Shown piece by piece: positions 11,791-25,660 of a stretch of DNA of 64,000 nucleotides. The DNA lies in contig CM052818.1 in the NCBI GenBank assembly GCA_028534125.1, positions 46,316,001-46,380,000 of the forward strand. The letters are read 5' to 3'. The DNA is from Lama glama. Lineage: Eukaryota. Made by a program: the position numbers and the translations under genes. The notes beneath the pieces are model-generated. The model was given only the letters and a program-made list of their open reading frames with translations. It ran no database searches and had not been told where the DNA came from. Position 1 is the first letter of the stretch, and the number at the start of each line of letters is the position of its first letter.

Positions 11791-13929
11791 TCACCACGTG
11801 CAGCTTGACCTGCCTGCGCGCTTTTCAGAGACCCTGAGCAGAACCAGACCAAACAAAAACCCAGAAGGCTGGCAGAGTCGGTTCCAGGGCCACCCTCTCC
11901 GACCGGGGTCCTCGGGCATCCCCTGCAGGCCCCACCCTCCTCTGAAGGAGCAGCCCAACCAACTCAGCTCAGCTAACGTGGGGAGGCCGGCGGCAGGGCT
12001 CCCGCCTGAGCGCCAGGACACAAGCCTGCATCCCACACGCTCCGGGATGCTCCGCCCCAGCCTCACGAGGCCTCCCGCCTCCTGTGCTCCACAGCTCCAC
12101 CTGTGCTGCTCCATCCTGTGAAGGCCCCACACGCAGTCCCTGTGACACCTGTCACTTCCCTCCCTGGAATTATCCACACCCTCTCAGCAAGGTACTTCCC
12201 AAGGACACTCCTGGCAGGCTCCTAGGGGAGTGTTTGTGGCAGACACTTACGACATCCCCTCAAATCACTCCCCATCTGAGTCCAAGGAAAGTCCAAATAT
12301 GTGGTTCAGTTTGTAAGTATGAAACCCTTCAGACACCACAATCATCACAGAAATGAAAACTGCTATTTGAGGGAAGCTGTGCCACCCACTTTGGAGACAC
12401 GTGGGCAGACGGGGCAGACAGACAGCAGGGGAAGGGACAGGGTTAAGCCACAGACCCTGGTGTACAGACCGAGGTCATGCTAAGTTCACACCACATTTAA
12501 GGTCCCCTCAGGATGGAATTTTGAGACCAAAGCCTCACAGCTGAAGAACAAGGCATTAGGCTCCAACAGCTGTAAAGAGGGAAGAAACCTGGGTTACGCA
12601 GACATCCAAGGGCTAGCCTGGCTCCACCACTAACTGGCTATGTGGCCTTGGCCAAGTGACAACCTCTGGCCCATCACAGAACTCACAGCTGTCCACAGGA
12701 ATGCTAAAGTGAAGTTTCTTCCAGACCTAAACTCTAGGCGTTTTAAGATTCTACGCACATGGGGTGGGGAGATTACGAAAGTCAAAGAACAGCATCATTT
12801 AATGCAAACCCCGTCCTCTGGATTTGGGGATGGAGAGAATTCTCGGTGACAGATGAATGCAAGGGCCAGCCTCAGTCAATGACAATACTGAGCCCCGGAC
12901 AGAGTGGACAACAGCAGCAGTGACCACTCTGGTAAGAATCTGGAGATACTAAAATCCATGATCAGAACAGGGCCCTGGGCCACAAAGAACTTAAAATCTA
13001 GCCAAAACATACAATCTACATGTCAAATGGTCTGAGGAAACTGACCAAGTAACTGACTGGTAGATAGGAGGGGAGGTTACTGCTGGAAACAGAGCAAACT
13101 CCCACACCCATCGAGGGCCCGAATTTGATGCCTGCGGCCAGTGTCTCACTGATTCTCCTGGTGACCCTCTGAGCTCGGCGGCATTTTCCTGGTTTCACAG
13201 GTGAAGAAACTAAGGCTCAAACAGCTAACTCTCACTGGGTCACGAGCAAGTAGGTGGCAGAAATCAACAAGATTCACACCCTGGACCGTGACCTCACAGC
13301 CTATGGTCTAACACCTTCCTCATATTTGAAAAATTAAATCGACTATCTGGGGGGGAAAATGGTACCAAAATACCAAAGGTTTTTTTTTTTTTAACTGTCC
13401 TGTTTTCTTAAATAAGAGACCAGAGTACGATTTTGCCTTAATATTCAGGATTACTGGGAGCACCAAAGACTGCCTCGCTTGTACCACTCTGGATGGTCAG
13501 CCCGGGAGGCAGGACCCTGGCCACCACGCTACACGGCCCCACTCTGCTGGGCTCGATTCTCTCTGCCTCCGGCTGCTCCTCCTCCCTATCAGCCATCTTC
13601 CCTTTCACCCACCATCCAGCCTGGACTCCGGGGCAGCAGAACCGGGGCTCCTTCTGTTGACTTCCGGTTCCTGGACGTGCTCCAGATGGCAAAGGTAGCT
13701 AAGTGCCTGACCTCTAGATAAGTGGAGCGTAATTATGTTGAAGAGCTGGGGGCACATCATAAAAGGTTGTAAGAGTGGGTGTGTGGAGGGGAGTGGGGAA
13801 TGGGGCCAGACAGTGACAGTTTCCTGAATCAGCCAAGTTTAGCACCAGATTTTAAACCTAAGAGACACAATGTGTACAGTAAGGAGGAGAGAGACCATGT
13901 CAAGACAGGAACTGCTGGAATGGGCAAAA

Positions 13930-14130
13930 AATACTAGTAACAGCACCCCCTCACTGAACTCCTGCTCTATGCCTGGCACTGGTCCACGTGCTCTCCGAAC
14001 ACAGGTTCATTTAAGTAGTGACTCCCAAATTTCAGAATGAGGAAGCTGAGAACCAGACCGAGCTTCTAAGACCAAAGACACATGAGCTGGTAAGCAGCTG
14101 AGGTGAGATCTGAACCCTGGAACCCCAACG
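13930..14130 (-). mobile_element. MIR SINE
   Basis: ctatgcctggcact...cccaaatttcagaatgaggaagctgag...gagatctgaaccctgg. Confidence 0.6.
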
Positions 14131-17053
14131 CCAATGCCCATCCACACGTGCCTTCACCGCAGCACGTTCCCTTAAAAACTCTTCTTACAGAAGCAGCCAG
14201 CAAACACACAGAGGCACTCAAATCAAAAAGCCAAACTATGGACAGGAAGCAGCACATGAGGTCATGAGGTTGATGAGGCCAATATCCTATCAGGCAGGCA
14301 AATGGCTAAACCATCAGCTGGTGCAGAGTGGACCATCTAAGACTCCCTGTCTGGGGCATCCGGTGATTTGGAACCGTTCCAAGATGGTGCCTCTCTGGAA
14401 AAGGGCAAGGCAGTCTCCCTAATCGAGGGGCAGAGAGTTCAACCTCATCAAGATTTCCAGCTGCTGCCTCAATACCAGATCCGTGCAGCTTGTGCCATCA
14501 AAACTCATGAACAGACAAACGGCTGTCAGACAGAAGATCCTTCTCAATTAAAAATACCACAGGATGACTCTTCCGCACACACTGGACTCAGGCTTGTGTG
14601 GAAGCCATTAACTTCCCAGGGACAAGCCTTTCCCACACTGAGGCACCATCATGGGCTAAATGATCTGGATGTAAAGATACAGATCAAGAGCATTAAGGAC
14701 AGGAAAGCAAGAAAGGCATCCTGTACTAACGGTTAATGGATTGAAGGCATTTGCAGTTTTGTAAAAAAAAATTCTAGACCCAGGATGAAACCTTACACAC
14801 AGTTGAAAGATGAAAACGTTCACACAGTTCTGCTAGGTAGTAGATGGGTTACTGAAAAGACACGCACATCAGGAGGTGGTTAGGTCTGCCTGTCTCAAAC
14901 GTGTAGGGAGTCTGGGTCTGAAGACACTTCACAGAGAATCCTATCCAATTTTTCACTCATAAATGTAAAGAGTTCTTCAAAGTCAGGACTTTACCAGCAG
15001 CAGGTCCAAGGCCCTCAAACCAGATCTCCTGGCACCCAATCCAGAGCTTCTTCCCGGCCCCAGGACACCACCCTCCTGTCTGTTTATTAAATTTAAATAA
15101 TCACCCCCTCTGTATTCTAGTTTTTAAAGTTCTGACTAGCCAGTAACCAAAGGTGGGGCTCACCCTTCTTGCATCTGAGCCCCAACAACCACAACAATAT
15201 ACTGACTGGTTGAGAGCCAGCCATACCCCAGGCTCTGCTCTGGGCACCCGGGAGCCAGAGCCACACAAAACAAAACAAAGTCTCTGTTGCCTCAGAGTGC
15301 CCAGGGTTGTTTCAGTGGAGACAGGAGACGGCCCAGAGTGTCAGACAGTGATGAGCTGGGGGGCAAAGCAGGAGGAGGATGAAGTCCCCAGGCCAGGCAG
15401 GGGCGCCTGTGTCCTCTGTTCCCTGCTCTGCCACCAGCTTCCCGCAGGCGCTCAGTGAGTATTCTCTGACTGAGGGACACACGGAGAGTGAAGAGTGGAG
15501 CTCTTTCAGACAGAGAAGTCAGGAAGCTGAGATATTTGAGCAACATGTGCAAAAAGACTCAGAGACTGTGTGTTACAGGAGGTAACTGCCATCACTTCAA
15601 GAAATGACCAAAAATAACTGTATGACTAATCGTTCAGGGCTTGTTTTTACAGAACACTGCACACTGAGCACAGTGAATGGCCGAGGAAGACCAGAATAAA
15701 CTGGCCCTGCAGTCCGGCTCCAGTCCAGCAGCCCCACCCCGGCCCCAGGTGTCTCCAGAGCCTTCGAGGAGAAGCAGCAGCAACGTGGCACCCACACCAC
15801 AGTCACCAAAGGAGCTGGAAAACGTCCTTCCCAACAAAGGGAGCACTAGCCTTTCTCAGACCAGAGGCTCTTGCCTGGAGGATTCCTACTCTTTGTATGA
15901 AAAACAGGCACAGTTCCTGGAATCTCTAATAATAATGATATTACTATTACCACCTTGTACTGAGTCCTGACCACAGGCTGCATGTTAAACGGAGGAGGCA
16001 TTTAACTCGAATTCTTGCATCTGATCCTCCCTACAATCTGCAGAGTGGGAAACAAAGTAAACCCGCCACAGGCCACGCTACCAATAAGAGGTAAAAGTGA
16101 CATCTCAACCCAGGCCTCTGTGACTCATGCTTTTACCTTCTATGTCACAGTAGGTGGTCACTGAATGCTGGTGAGACGCAAATGAACTCAAGCACCATCG
16201 TGTCGCCGGGTGAAAAAACAGCTTCTATCTGCAGAAAGCCTAAATAACCAGTCTAAGCCATGCTTTTCACAATGCCTTACAAAGGACCGTGTGAAAATGT
16301 TTTCCCTTCAAGTCACACATTCCAATTAAACTGTAAATAAATACACATTAAATCTATCTCCTGCTCTTTGTATAAACACTGAGAGGTGCCTGGTAAAGAT
16401 TCAGGGCACAGTCACTAAGCACGGTGACTGCAGCATCACCTGGGAGCCCCAGTTAGTGGCTCCAGCCTCCAGCCACACAAAGGTCAGAGCCTCTAAGGCC
16501 AAAGAGCTTAATGTGAAACACACCTCAGTTTAGTGTGCTGTCAAGTTCTTCCCGTGAGTGTAAACCACGTCACATAATCCAAGCTGGGAGCTAGAAATGT
16601 GTTCTCAGAAAGGGTTCTCTGTTCAATTCCCATCATAAAACCCTAGAACTTTATTCCAGGATTTTATAGAGCCCTGTCTGCCTGTGTAGTTTAACATTTA
16701 CTTGATATCCCAAGATCAAGCTTTTTAACTTAATCCTAATCTTAATGGTTTGCTAAAGCCACAATAGCTTCAAACCCCTTTAATGATGAGTTTACTATAA
16801 AAGTAATTTTTCCACTAATTTCCAAAAGTAAACTTCATGTGCATACTTCATAAAAACTAACACACACGTACCACCTCTCCTTCTGGGGAACAAATTTTGC
16901 TGGCTATTTTTAACCACACTATTTCCTAATTACTTCTATTTGTCCCTTACAATTAGACTGCGAGCCCCAGAAGGTCCATATTTATAGAATTTTCAGCAAC
17001 AAGTGTAGTATACAATCAAATTGCTTGATGGGTACACGAACAAGTGAGTGAGA

Positions 17054-17089
17054 GAATGAATGAATGAATGAATGAATGAATGAATGAAT
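17054..17089 (+). repeat. (GAAT)9 microsatellite, expanded tail of an L2 3' end (about 16940-17089)
   Basis: Nine perfect GAAT units following L2-like attagactgcgagccccagaagg. Confidence 0.95.
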
Positions 17090-18337
17090 ATATACATACC
17101 AGAGTAACCTAGCTATACAGTCATTCTGCCTCTAGTTAGTCTAGGTTAAAATAAAACGGTTAAAATAAAGCAAGCTTTAGCTTCTCTAAGTGGACTCTAC
17201 CTCCCTGAAAAATATAGAATGGTTTTGACTTTCCACCTAACTAGATCTTGAAAATATGTTAATTAAAATTCATCTGCATGACACTGTAAGCAGATGCCTT
17301 TACACCAAATATCATTCTAACAGTTCCTTCTCTGATTTAGTCACATCTTCCATCTGAGTTCCTATACCCACCGTGATTATAATTTATGAACAAAAATGTG
17401 CATTATAAAATTTTTTCAAGACTCACTGGGGTAAAATATTCCTGTTGCTGGAAACGAAGTACAATCCTTTGTAAATCCATACGCCTTCTCTCTGTAACTC
17501 CTAAAAGCCATCATTCAGGATAGGCCAAAATAAAGACAAGACACAAGGCTGCTTCTGCATCTTTTATGAACAAAAATTTGTTTTTCCGCTACTGGGCCTC
17601 GGTTATATCCAAGCAGCTAATGCTCACCAAGGTCTCATACCTAATTTTCTGAATGCATGTAACAGTCAGACCTGACAATCAGGACACAAAAGCTGCTTCC
17701 CCAGTATCATGCTGCCCCAAAGAGAGCAATTTTCCTCCACAAAAAAAGTAGGAAAAGTTGGAGCAGAAAAAAAGTGGTAAAACAGTGATCAGCCATGGAT
17801 TCTCTCCTTGAATCTATCCTGGAATTACCAGGAGGCACAGGCCTTTGGATCCCCTCCTTCTAAAAGGGATGGAGCCGCCAGCCATCCTTCTCACAGGCTT
17901 CAGAAAGAGGGCTCGGAGGACACAGCCACACTCTGTTCCAAAACAAGATGTTTGTTTCAGGCCAGGCTGAAAGCACACCAAGCACCCATTGCCACCAGGC
18001 TGGACACGGCTGCTGGGACTGCTCACGGCTGGCAGCAGCCAGTCTCCCAGAGGCTGATCCTCCCAGAAGTAAAGCCTTATAAAAGCAGACCTCCAGAGGT
18101 GACTGTAAAACCTCGTGCACTCATTCAGCATTCACCCTGTACGCCCCACGTGCTGGCACGGGGCTGGGTGCTGACGTCTCAGCAGCTCCCATGGTTCAGG
18201 CCAGATGAGATTTTATCTGTAAACCACCAGAGCTGCTCATCACAGTTCAAACAGAACGCCTATCACTGGGCAGAGAAATAAAGTTTCACTCCAGCATAGA
18301 ACACAGACCTCTAGCCTCACTTCCAAGACCAGAAACA

Positions 18338-18340
<3 letters not shown>

Positions 18341-18372
<32 letters not shown>
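18341..18372 (+). repeat. (AC)16 microsatellite
   Basis: Perfect dinucleotide run. Confidence 0.98.
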
Positions 18373-18378
<6 letters not shown>

Positions 18379-19479
18379 CCTGTGACATATACACTGTATC
18401 TTCATCTTTTTTTTTTGGTATGAGGAATCCCCAGCTAAGAAAGATTAACCAATTTGCCCAGAAGTAGGGTGCTACCAAACAGCAGAATCGGGCTTGAAAT
18501 TCACACTTGTCTGCCCAGTAACAAAGTCCTAATATGCTGCCCTAAACATTAAACGTATCTGGACCCGAGCACATGCAGCCAGGGAGTCCTCTACCTGCTG
18601 GCCCTTCGCCCTCTTCTCGCCCGCTGAATTCATCCTTTGAGGCCCAGATCCTTCCTTTCTCTCTTCTCCCTTTCCTGATTCAGCACAGTGTCTGCCATCA
18701 AGTGGGTGCTTAATGAATGCTGGCTGAGCTGGAAATACATGTGTTACAGGAAAACGATGGGACATTTTGCTGTTGTTGCTGTTGAGGCGTGAGTATTGAC
18801 TTAAAAGAATCAATTTCGTTTTCATGGATGTATGCATATACTCAACTCCAACTATGTTTAAGAAGCTCACAGTCACACTGTAGCTTAACAGACACAGTGG
18901 CAACAGGCAATGGCTTCCCAGAAAACCTTTCACTGAAAATGATTAGGCAAATAAAGAATTAATGTTTTACATGCCTTACAGTGCAACCCAAATTCTACAA
19001 CATCTTTGCTTAAAGTTGATAAAATATTTTCCCGGACATACGCTGAATTAAGAGCTCAGTTAATGTCAGGTGAAACGGAATCACTCCTCTCACCTTCCAA
19101 GAAGAAGGACCTCAACCTCCTCATTTGTAAAATGAAGGAAAGGGTATCTACGCCCTGGGGTCGTCATGAGAATTAAGAGGTCATATTAGACTAGTGCCTG
19201 GCACAGAATAAAGGCTACAGAAAGGTTTGTTGTCACTCTTTCCCACACACATGGCTTCGTGCTACCCAACAAACACTGAAAGAGGAAAAAGGTTAACAGA
19301 GTTAAACAGGGCAGACCCCACAGGAGTGACTATTTGTGTAGAGTAACCACTGTCAATAACTGAATGGACTGCACGATTACAAAGTGCAGCTAATCCTCAA
19401 GTCCCAATATGATGACATGAAGTCTGTGCGAACCCTACACATAAGGCTTCCATAGCAAAGGGCAGTCACAGCATTAAAA

Positions 19480-19905
19480 ACGTAATGTAATTCACCACAT
19501 TAGCAAGCTAAAAAAGGAAAACTATATGGTCATTTCAATTGAAGCAGAAAAAGCATCTGACAAAATTAAACACCCATTCATGTTGGAAAACACTCAGCAA
19601 ACTAGAAACAGAAGAGAACCTGGTAGAGGCTCAGAGAAAACACCTACAGCTACGACCATCATATCCAACAGGGAAAGACTGAGTCCTTCCCCCTTCGGAT
19701 CAGGAACCAAGCAAGGATGTCCACTCCCCCAATGACTACGTGACACGATACTAGACAGAGTGTCCAGGCGTGCAATATAGCAAGAAAACAGATGGGGAAG
19801 GAACGAGGCAAAACTTGTTATTCACAGATGACATGATCATCTATGTAGAAAACGCTAAGGAATGTACCAAAAAGCTACCAGAACCACCAATAAATTAGTT
19901 TAAAG
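19480..19905 (+). mobile_element. Old L1M ORF2 reverse-transcriptase fragment
   Basis: Decayed frames give MVISIEAEKASDKIKHPFM, GTKQGCPL and LFTDDMIIYVEN. Confidence 0.88.
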
Positions 19906-20045
19906 CAGGAGGAAACTTTCGGGGGTGACAGAAGTGTTTTACATCATAATTGTGGTGGTGATTACATGACTAAATATTTGTCACAGTTCATCGAATTGGC
20001 CGATTTTATTATATGTAAATTACACTACAGTAAAACTGACCACAA
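19906..20045 (+). mobile_element. L1MC/MD/ME-type 3' UTR terminus
   Basis: ggaaactttcgggggtgacagaagtgttt...ttttattatatgtaaattacactacagtaaaactga. Confidence 0.75.
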
Positions 20046-21389
20046 CAGGAAATACTTGGCCGCTCCCAGCCCCAGGCAGCCGCCCTCTGCCCCACGCAAG
20101 CACGGCGCTGGTCTCAGAAGACCTGCAATGCTCCAAGCGCTGTGGTTTCCCCGTCTCCAGGGGGAGTTTCTGACTTGTAAATCAGAAAAGGCCCTTGAAA
20201 AAGACATCTCAAGTAACACAGGGATAAAACAATTTCCATACGGGGTCGGACAAAGTGGTCAGGATTCCACCACCCCATGAGACACAGCTTTACAAGGTGA
20301 ATGCGGCTGCGGCCAGCAAAGCTGTGCACAGAGGACACTTGTCCAGAGAGACCCGGAATGGCAGACCCGAAATGATCACATCTCGAGGGGGCCCCCAGTC
20401 TGGTTCTCTGGTGTCACAGATGAGGAAATTGAGGCTCTAAAAACAAGGAGTGCCTTGCCTGAGAGAACACAGCAGTTTCTACCAAAGATCAGAAGGAGAT
20501 GAGTTGTTTGTTTGTTTTTAAAAAAGGAACAACTACATAGCAGCACTATGTAATCTAAATTTGTAGTCTGTGTGCACAGTTAATGAACTGGTCTGTAAGA
20601 GGGCTCACTAAGCAGTCCGTCAGACAACAATGCTGGCAAGCACTGGAACCTGGATACAAACCCAGCATCAGAGGCGAGAGCCGTCTGCTCACCACCTCCC
20701 TGAACCACCTCCCGACTGTGGGAGAATGAAAACCGCAGAAAGCACACAAGACACCCACGCAAGACGTTGTCCGAGCTACGCACCCGCCGGCAGAACCGCA
20801 CACGTGGGACCACAAATAAGACACGGATGCCACTCACCCTTAACTTCTTCGCCGTGCTGCGCACTTTTATTTTGGAAAAGGTGTAAGACTACTTTCAAAC
20901 TCTACCTGACAACCCATTGGTTTTCCTCAAGACAACCACTGCCCAGACTGAAGGCAGAATACTGAGAGCCTACTGTGTGCTATGTGCTTTTCACCAGCAG
21001 AGCAAGACTGGTCCCTATCTTTCCTGTTGGCTCAGAACCCAGCCTTTCAATCACACACCTGACAGATCAGATACTTCCTAAAGTGCAGAAGGAAGGAGAA
21101 TCTTTCCGATCTTTCCAAAGATATCAAACGTGTTTTTATCTAAAATTTGCGATGTAAGTGAGAAAGGTCTCAATCCAGCTTCAAGACTTCAGGCATTGTT
21201 AAAACTTCTCCATTTTCACTTATGTTTGAAAACCAAAAGCCGGAAAGTGACACTGACCATGAAAGCATGTACAAAACAGGGATTTTCCTCTTTTTTTTTC
21301 AAGCTTCAACCCACGTAAGCCAGAAACTTGGGTATTTTCCTGGATTCCCACGCCTTCCTCAGTCCTCACAGCCAAGAGTCACTGAGACT

Positions 21390-21650
21390 TGTCCCTCCTG
21401 CCCATTTCTCCAAGTTGGTCCTTCCTCTCCACCCCCTGGCTCCTGCCCAGGCTCAGACCTCATCCTCTCCTATCTGAACTCTTTCACAGCCTCTCCTGGT
21501 CTGTCTGCCCGTCTCCCCACTTCCAGCCTCAGAGGGATCTTTCTGACTCAGATTGTGCTGTGTCCCTTCCTTTGGCTCAGAAGCCTCCCACAGCTCCCAC
21601 CACGAACAGGATAAAGCCTAGCTTCTTCAGCTTGAGGCAGAACTTTAATT
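21390..21650 (+). mobile_element. L2 LINE fragment
   Basis: cagacctcatcctctcctatctgaact...agggatctttctgactcagat...ggctcagaagcctcccacagctccc...ataaagcc. Confidence 0.65.
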
Positions 21651-21817
21651 AAGAGAGAAACTGGAAGTCAACACATTCTCAGAAGCAAATGAACACCTTT
21701 TATCCAACACAGGAAAGGAGAAAGAAAGAAAAGCAAGAGGGAAAAGGATTTGAATTGTGCTGGAAATAAAGTATAGTTCCAAATTTTAAAGGCAAGGCAT
21801 TTCAAAAACACTAAAAA

Positions 21818-21989
21818 GCATTGTGTGTCTCTCGTGCACACACACACACACCCACCTACACACACACAATGGGTGTCACGCATCCTGTGTCTTTCGTGCG
21901 CACACACACACAACCACCTACATACAAAGTAATGGGTGTCATGCATCATGTGTCTCTCACACGCACACACACACAATAATGGAGTCATG
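21818..21989 (+). repeat. Minisatellite, unit about 62-63 bp, about 2.7 copies, CA-rich
   Basis: Units start at 21818, 21880 and 21943: gcatNNtgtgtct...(ca)n...ccacctaca...aatgggtgtca. Confidence 0.9.
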
Positions 21990-24209
21990 GGCTGCCTTTT
22001 TATGTGTTTTAATTCTGTCAATATTTTATATGGATAGAATTTTTTAAAAAATTCCCTTTACCTCTCCAGTCGAAAGTTTTATAGATACTGAATTAAGATT
22101 TTTAAAATACAGATAATTACAAAAGTAAATTAAATTCAAGCTCTGTATCTCATGACGAAGCAGTTTTAATTTTATTAATCTTCATATCATAAAAGTAAGG
22201 TATCAAAATACACCCCAAAGGAGGTCATTTGGCATTCTGCACAGCACCAGGTTAAAGGGCAGAAAAAACAATAAAGGCAGAGATGAGAATACGGCCGGAG
22301 TTTAAGAGGATGAGCATTTTAATACAACTCCTGCAAGGTCTCAGTTGACTTAATATGTATCCGCATGCTCTGAAATCATGACCTTCACTTCATGGCACTT
22401 GATTAAGCTTCAGCTTATGAAAATTTCTAAATCATCTTCATCCTGTCCAACTTAAAAAGGAACTCTGGCCCCCCAAGACCCTCCCTCCTTTCACCAGGAG
22501 CAGCTGGGGTGCAGAGAGCGACCCCTTCACCCTCTAACCCTCCCAGTACTTGACAACCATCCAGCCCAGGGGCTCTCAGCCCAGCACTGGTGACATCAGG
22601 GCCACCCTGCGCACTAGAGGGTGGGCAGCATCCCTGGCCTCCACCTACTGGATCCCAGGAGCACCCTTTCCCCCAGCTCAAACCAAACTCATCTCTGGAC
22701 CTTGCCACAGCCTCCAAGGAGGCAAAACGGCCCAGGCTGAGCAGCTCTGTCCTAGCCTCATCTGACTGCCCTCACCATTCAAGGGAGAGCGTCACTGGCC
22801 TCATCCTCCAACAAAGTTCTCGGGTACCACCACCACGGACACCCTTCAGGCCCCAGAGCCTCGGACAAAACAGCCTGACTTGCTTTTGAAGTGTTTGCGT
22901 CGTTCTGCCTCCGGGCCCAAGCCCACAAGACGGCACCCGGTCCCGCCCACACCAGTGCCCACTCCCGCGACTGAACCGCGGCCACCGCACCGCACCGGCC
23001 CCCTCCGCAACTCAAGTCTGGCCTCTCCTAGTTTCCTATCATCTCACGGCCTAACGCATCGAGCTTTCCAATCAGCCTGCCAAAAGGCCTCGAGCCATAC
23101 AAAAGAGAGCCACTTTTTAAAACATCCGGCCTCTGTTAGAACAAGGAAGGCCAACAATAAAAACTGACATAACAGCGATCCATGGTAAAATCAGGCCTTC
23201 CAAGCAGAGGGCCAGCGTTTCACGCTGTGTGTGCCGTCTGCCCCGAGAGGCCTCTGCTACTTCTCTGCTTCTCAAAATAATGCTCTGAGAGCAACTCTGT
23301 CCAGGGCGCCTGGCACAGACTCCATCATGGCCACCCTGGTTTGGTTCAAAAGGTCATCTAACTTAGTCAGGTCCAAAACGCCAGGCCCCAGGTCTAATTT
23401 GATTAATTCCACCATTAGTCCCTCTGCAACCACACACAGATCCCTGCCTACAACACAAGAGGGAAACTTCCAGTTGGTGTACACCAGGTCAAGGCAGTGA
23501 AACACTGCATCTGGAGAAATTCAGCTCACCAGGAGATGGGGACGAGGCAGGGTGGAGGTTGTGGGTTTCTGGGGCAGCAAAAAAGCCTAGCCACCCCCTG
23601 CCTGCACCATTCATCACTAGGAGTACACTTCACACCATCCTGAAATTCCTCCCTCAACACTTCCCCAAACAGGATGTGTCTGATCAGTGAGTCATGAAAA
23701 ATAGGGTATTTCTAGAAATTCACTGGAAGGAAGGTGTGGGAGAAATTTTCTAAAGAGAGAGAACAAAAAGACAATGTGCAAAGCTAATTAAGCATTCACA
23801 AGGCCGGAAGCGGGCTCCTCTGGGCTGTGACCTGGCCCCACAGTGGCTGGCCAGTCCTTCATCTCATCCCTCCCTCTGCTCAACTCAAGAGTCCAACCCA
23901 CTGGACCCTGAACAAGCCCACCTTTCTGCACCTTATCCATATCTCCCACCTAGTCAAACCCTGGGCTTTGTAAGCGATAAGAGCCCCAGTCTCTGGGTCG
24001 ATCAAATGAGACGGCGCCTGCTTCACAGGTGGCGAGTCAGTACCTGGTGTGCCACACCTGCCCTCCCTTCGCCCTCCCGAAGGCATCCCAGTGCCCTACA
24101 GGAAGTCACCTCTGCCATTAGTGCTCTGTAAGGACCTCAGCACACGTCACTGTGCTAGTATAGCTTGCGTACCCTCTTCATCTCCCTCTGCTGCACTGCA
24201 GTGGCAGCA

Positions 24210-24725
24210 CCAGCTGCCATGAGCCCTCACCATGTGACAGCCTCTGGGCTACATGGATTTTCTCACTTGATTCTCACATCAATCCTGTACCTAGGCAGTG
24301 TCACGATCAGTTCTCCCATTTTATGGATTTAGGAAGCTTAAGCTTAGACAGCGGGAAGCAGCATGGACAGTGTCAGGATGAAAAGCATGAGCTCAAGAGT
24401 AGGAGTGTCTGGGACTGAAATTCTGGCTTTATTACTGCCTAGCTCAGTGATCATGGGAGAGTTACTTAATCTCTCCGTGTCCCAGTTTCCTCCTCTTTAA
24501 ACCTAGGGATGACACCAGTACCCACCCACAGGGCTGTCCTAAGGACTAAATACAGTTAACGCTTGTTAAGTGCTTAGTGCCTGCACACAGTGAGCGTCAC
24601 GTGTGCGTTAAATAAAAATAAGAAAACTAGCGTATTTGCCCACCATCATACAGGCATCAACTGGTGAAATCAGTATTTGAGTCCAGGTCCAACTGGCTTC
24701 AAAGCAGAGGCTCTAACTATAGCAC
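24210..24725. mobile_element. MIR (+, about 24355-24625) nested inside a MIR (-)
   Basis: The outer copy breaks after cccattttatggatttaggaagcttaagcttagacag and resumes at tatttgcccaccatcatacag...tttgagtccagg. The inner copy has the core gttacttaatctctccgtgtcccagtttcctcctctttaaa. Confidence 0.75.
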
Positions 24726-25660
24726 GGGAGAAGGAGTAACAAACTCCTCACCGGAACAGACCATTTCTCATCCATCACCGCATTCCCGCAAGGCAGAATG
24801 ATCCCAGGCCACCAAGCAAGCTGCAGAAGTGCACGGTCACTGAAGGAGGGAAACTGAAGACATCACAGAAAGGTGTCTCAGAAGAGATTACAGACACTGC
24901 AGAACTACCAGGGCCTACGAAAGAGGAAAGTACAAACAGCATAAAAGCCTCTCATCATGGTGACCCTATAAGCTGGATAACCATTCTGAGCATGTTTATT
25001 TTGGAGGCCTTAACGTTAACAAAGAAAGAAACTCCCACAAGGCGAGAGTGCAAACCAGAAAACAGGGTGACAGGGCAGGCGGTCACACTGCTTCTCAATT
25101 CCTTCACTGATGGGCTCTTCAAAGCCCAACATAATACCAGCCTGCATCATAACTGTCACATGGACGTCGGATCGCTATCACCTTGGGGGTTAACCTCCCA
25201 GCCCTCCTGGACAATAATTAATTGACTCAGTTTTGAAGCCGTGTCTCTGAATTGCTCTAACTCCACAAACTACTTTGGTCCCACGAGTAAAAGAAATAAG
25301 GAGCAGCATTCTCCACTCCTACTAAGCAGCAATTTGGAAACATACAGGTAATCCTCAGAGCCCTAATGGAGATGGACACAGAACAAGGCCAGGCACACCT
25401 CTAACCCTGGAATCCTCTCCTCAGCCCCTGCTACACACATTCCTACAGGACGGAGCCACTCAAACACACTCTTACTTTTTTTAGGAATCTACAATCACTA
25501 CTTCAACTTTTCAAACACTACTCCCTAAAAATCACGCCTCTTCCCTACAGCCAGAGAAACAAGATTTCTATGAATCAACAGAACCTGGATCATGTGTTTC
25601 CCTCCCTGCAATCTGAGTTGTATCTGCTGGCCAGTTTTATTCATTCAACAAACATGTATT

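Noticed and set aside
23272..23505. 77-aa minus-strand ORF with protein-like composition and an internal acceptor-like tttccctcttgtgttgtag
   Set aside because: Non-ATG start and no recognisable homology. Splicing from the phase-0 exon 1 at that AG enters a different frame that stops after 10 codons, and no strong donor was seen.
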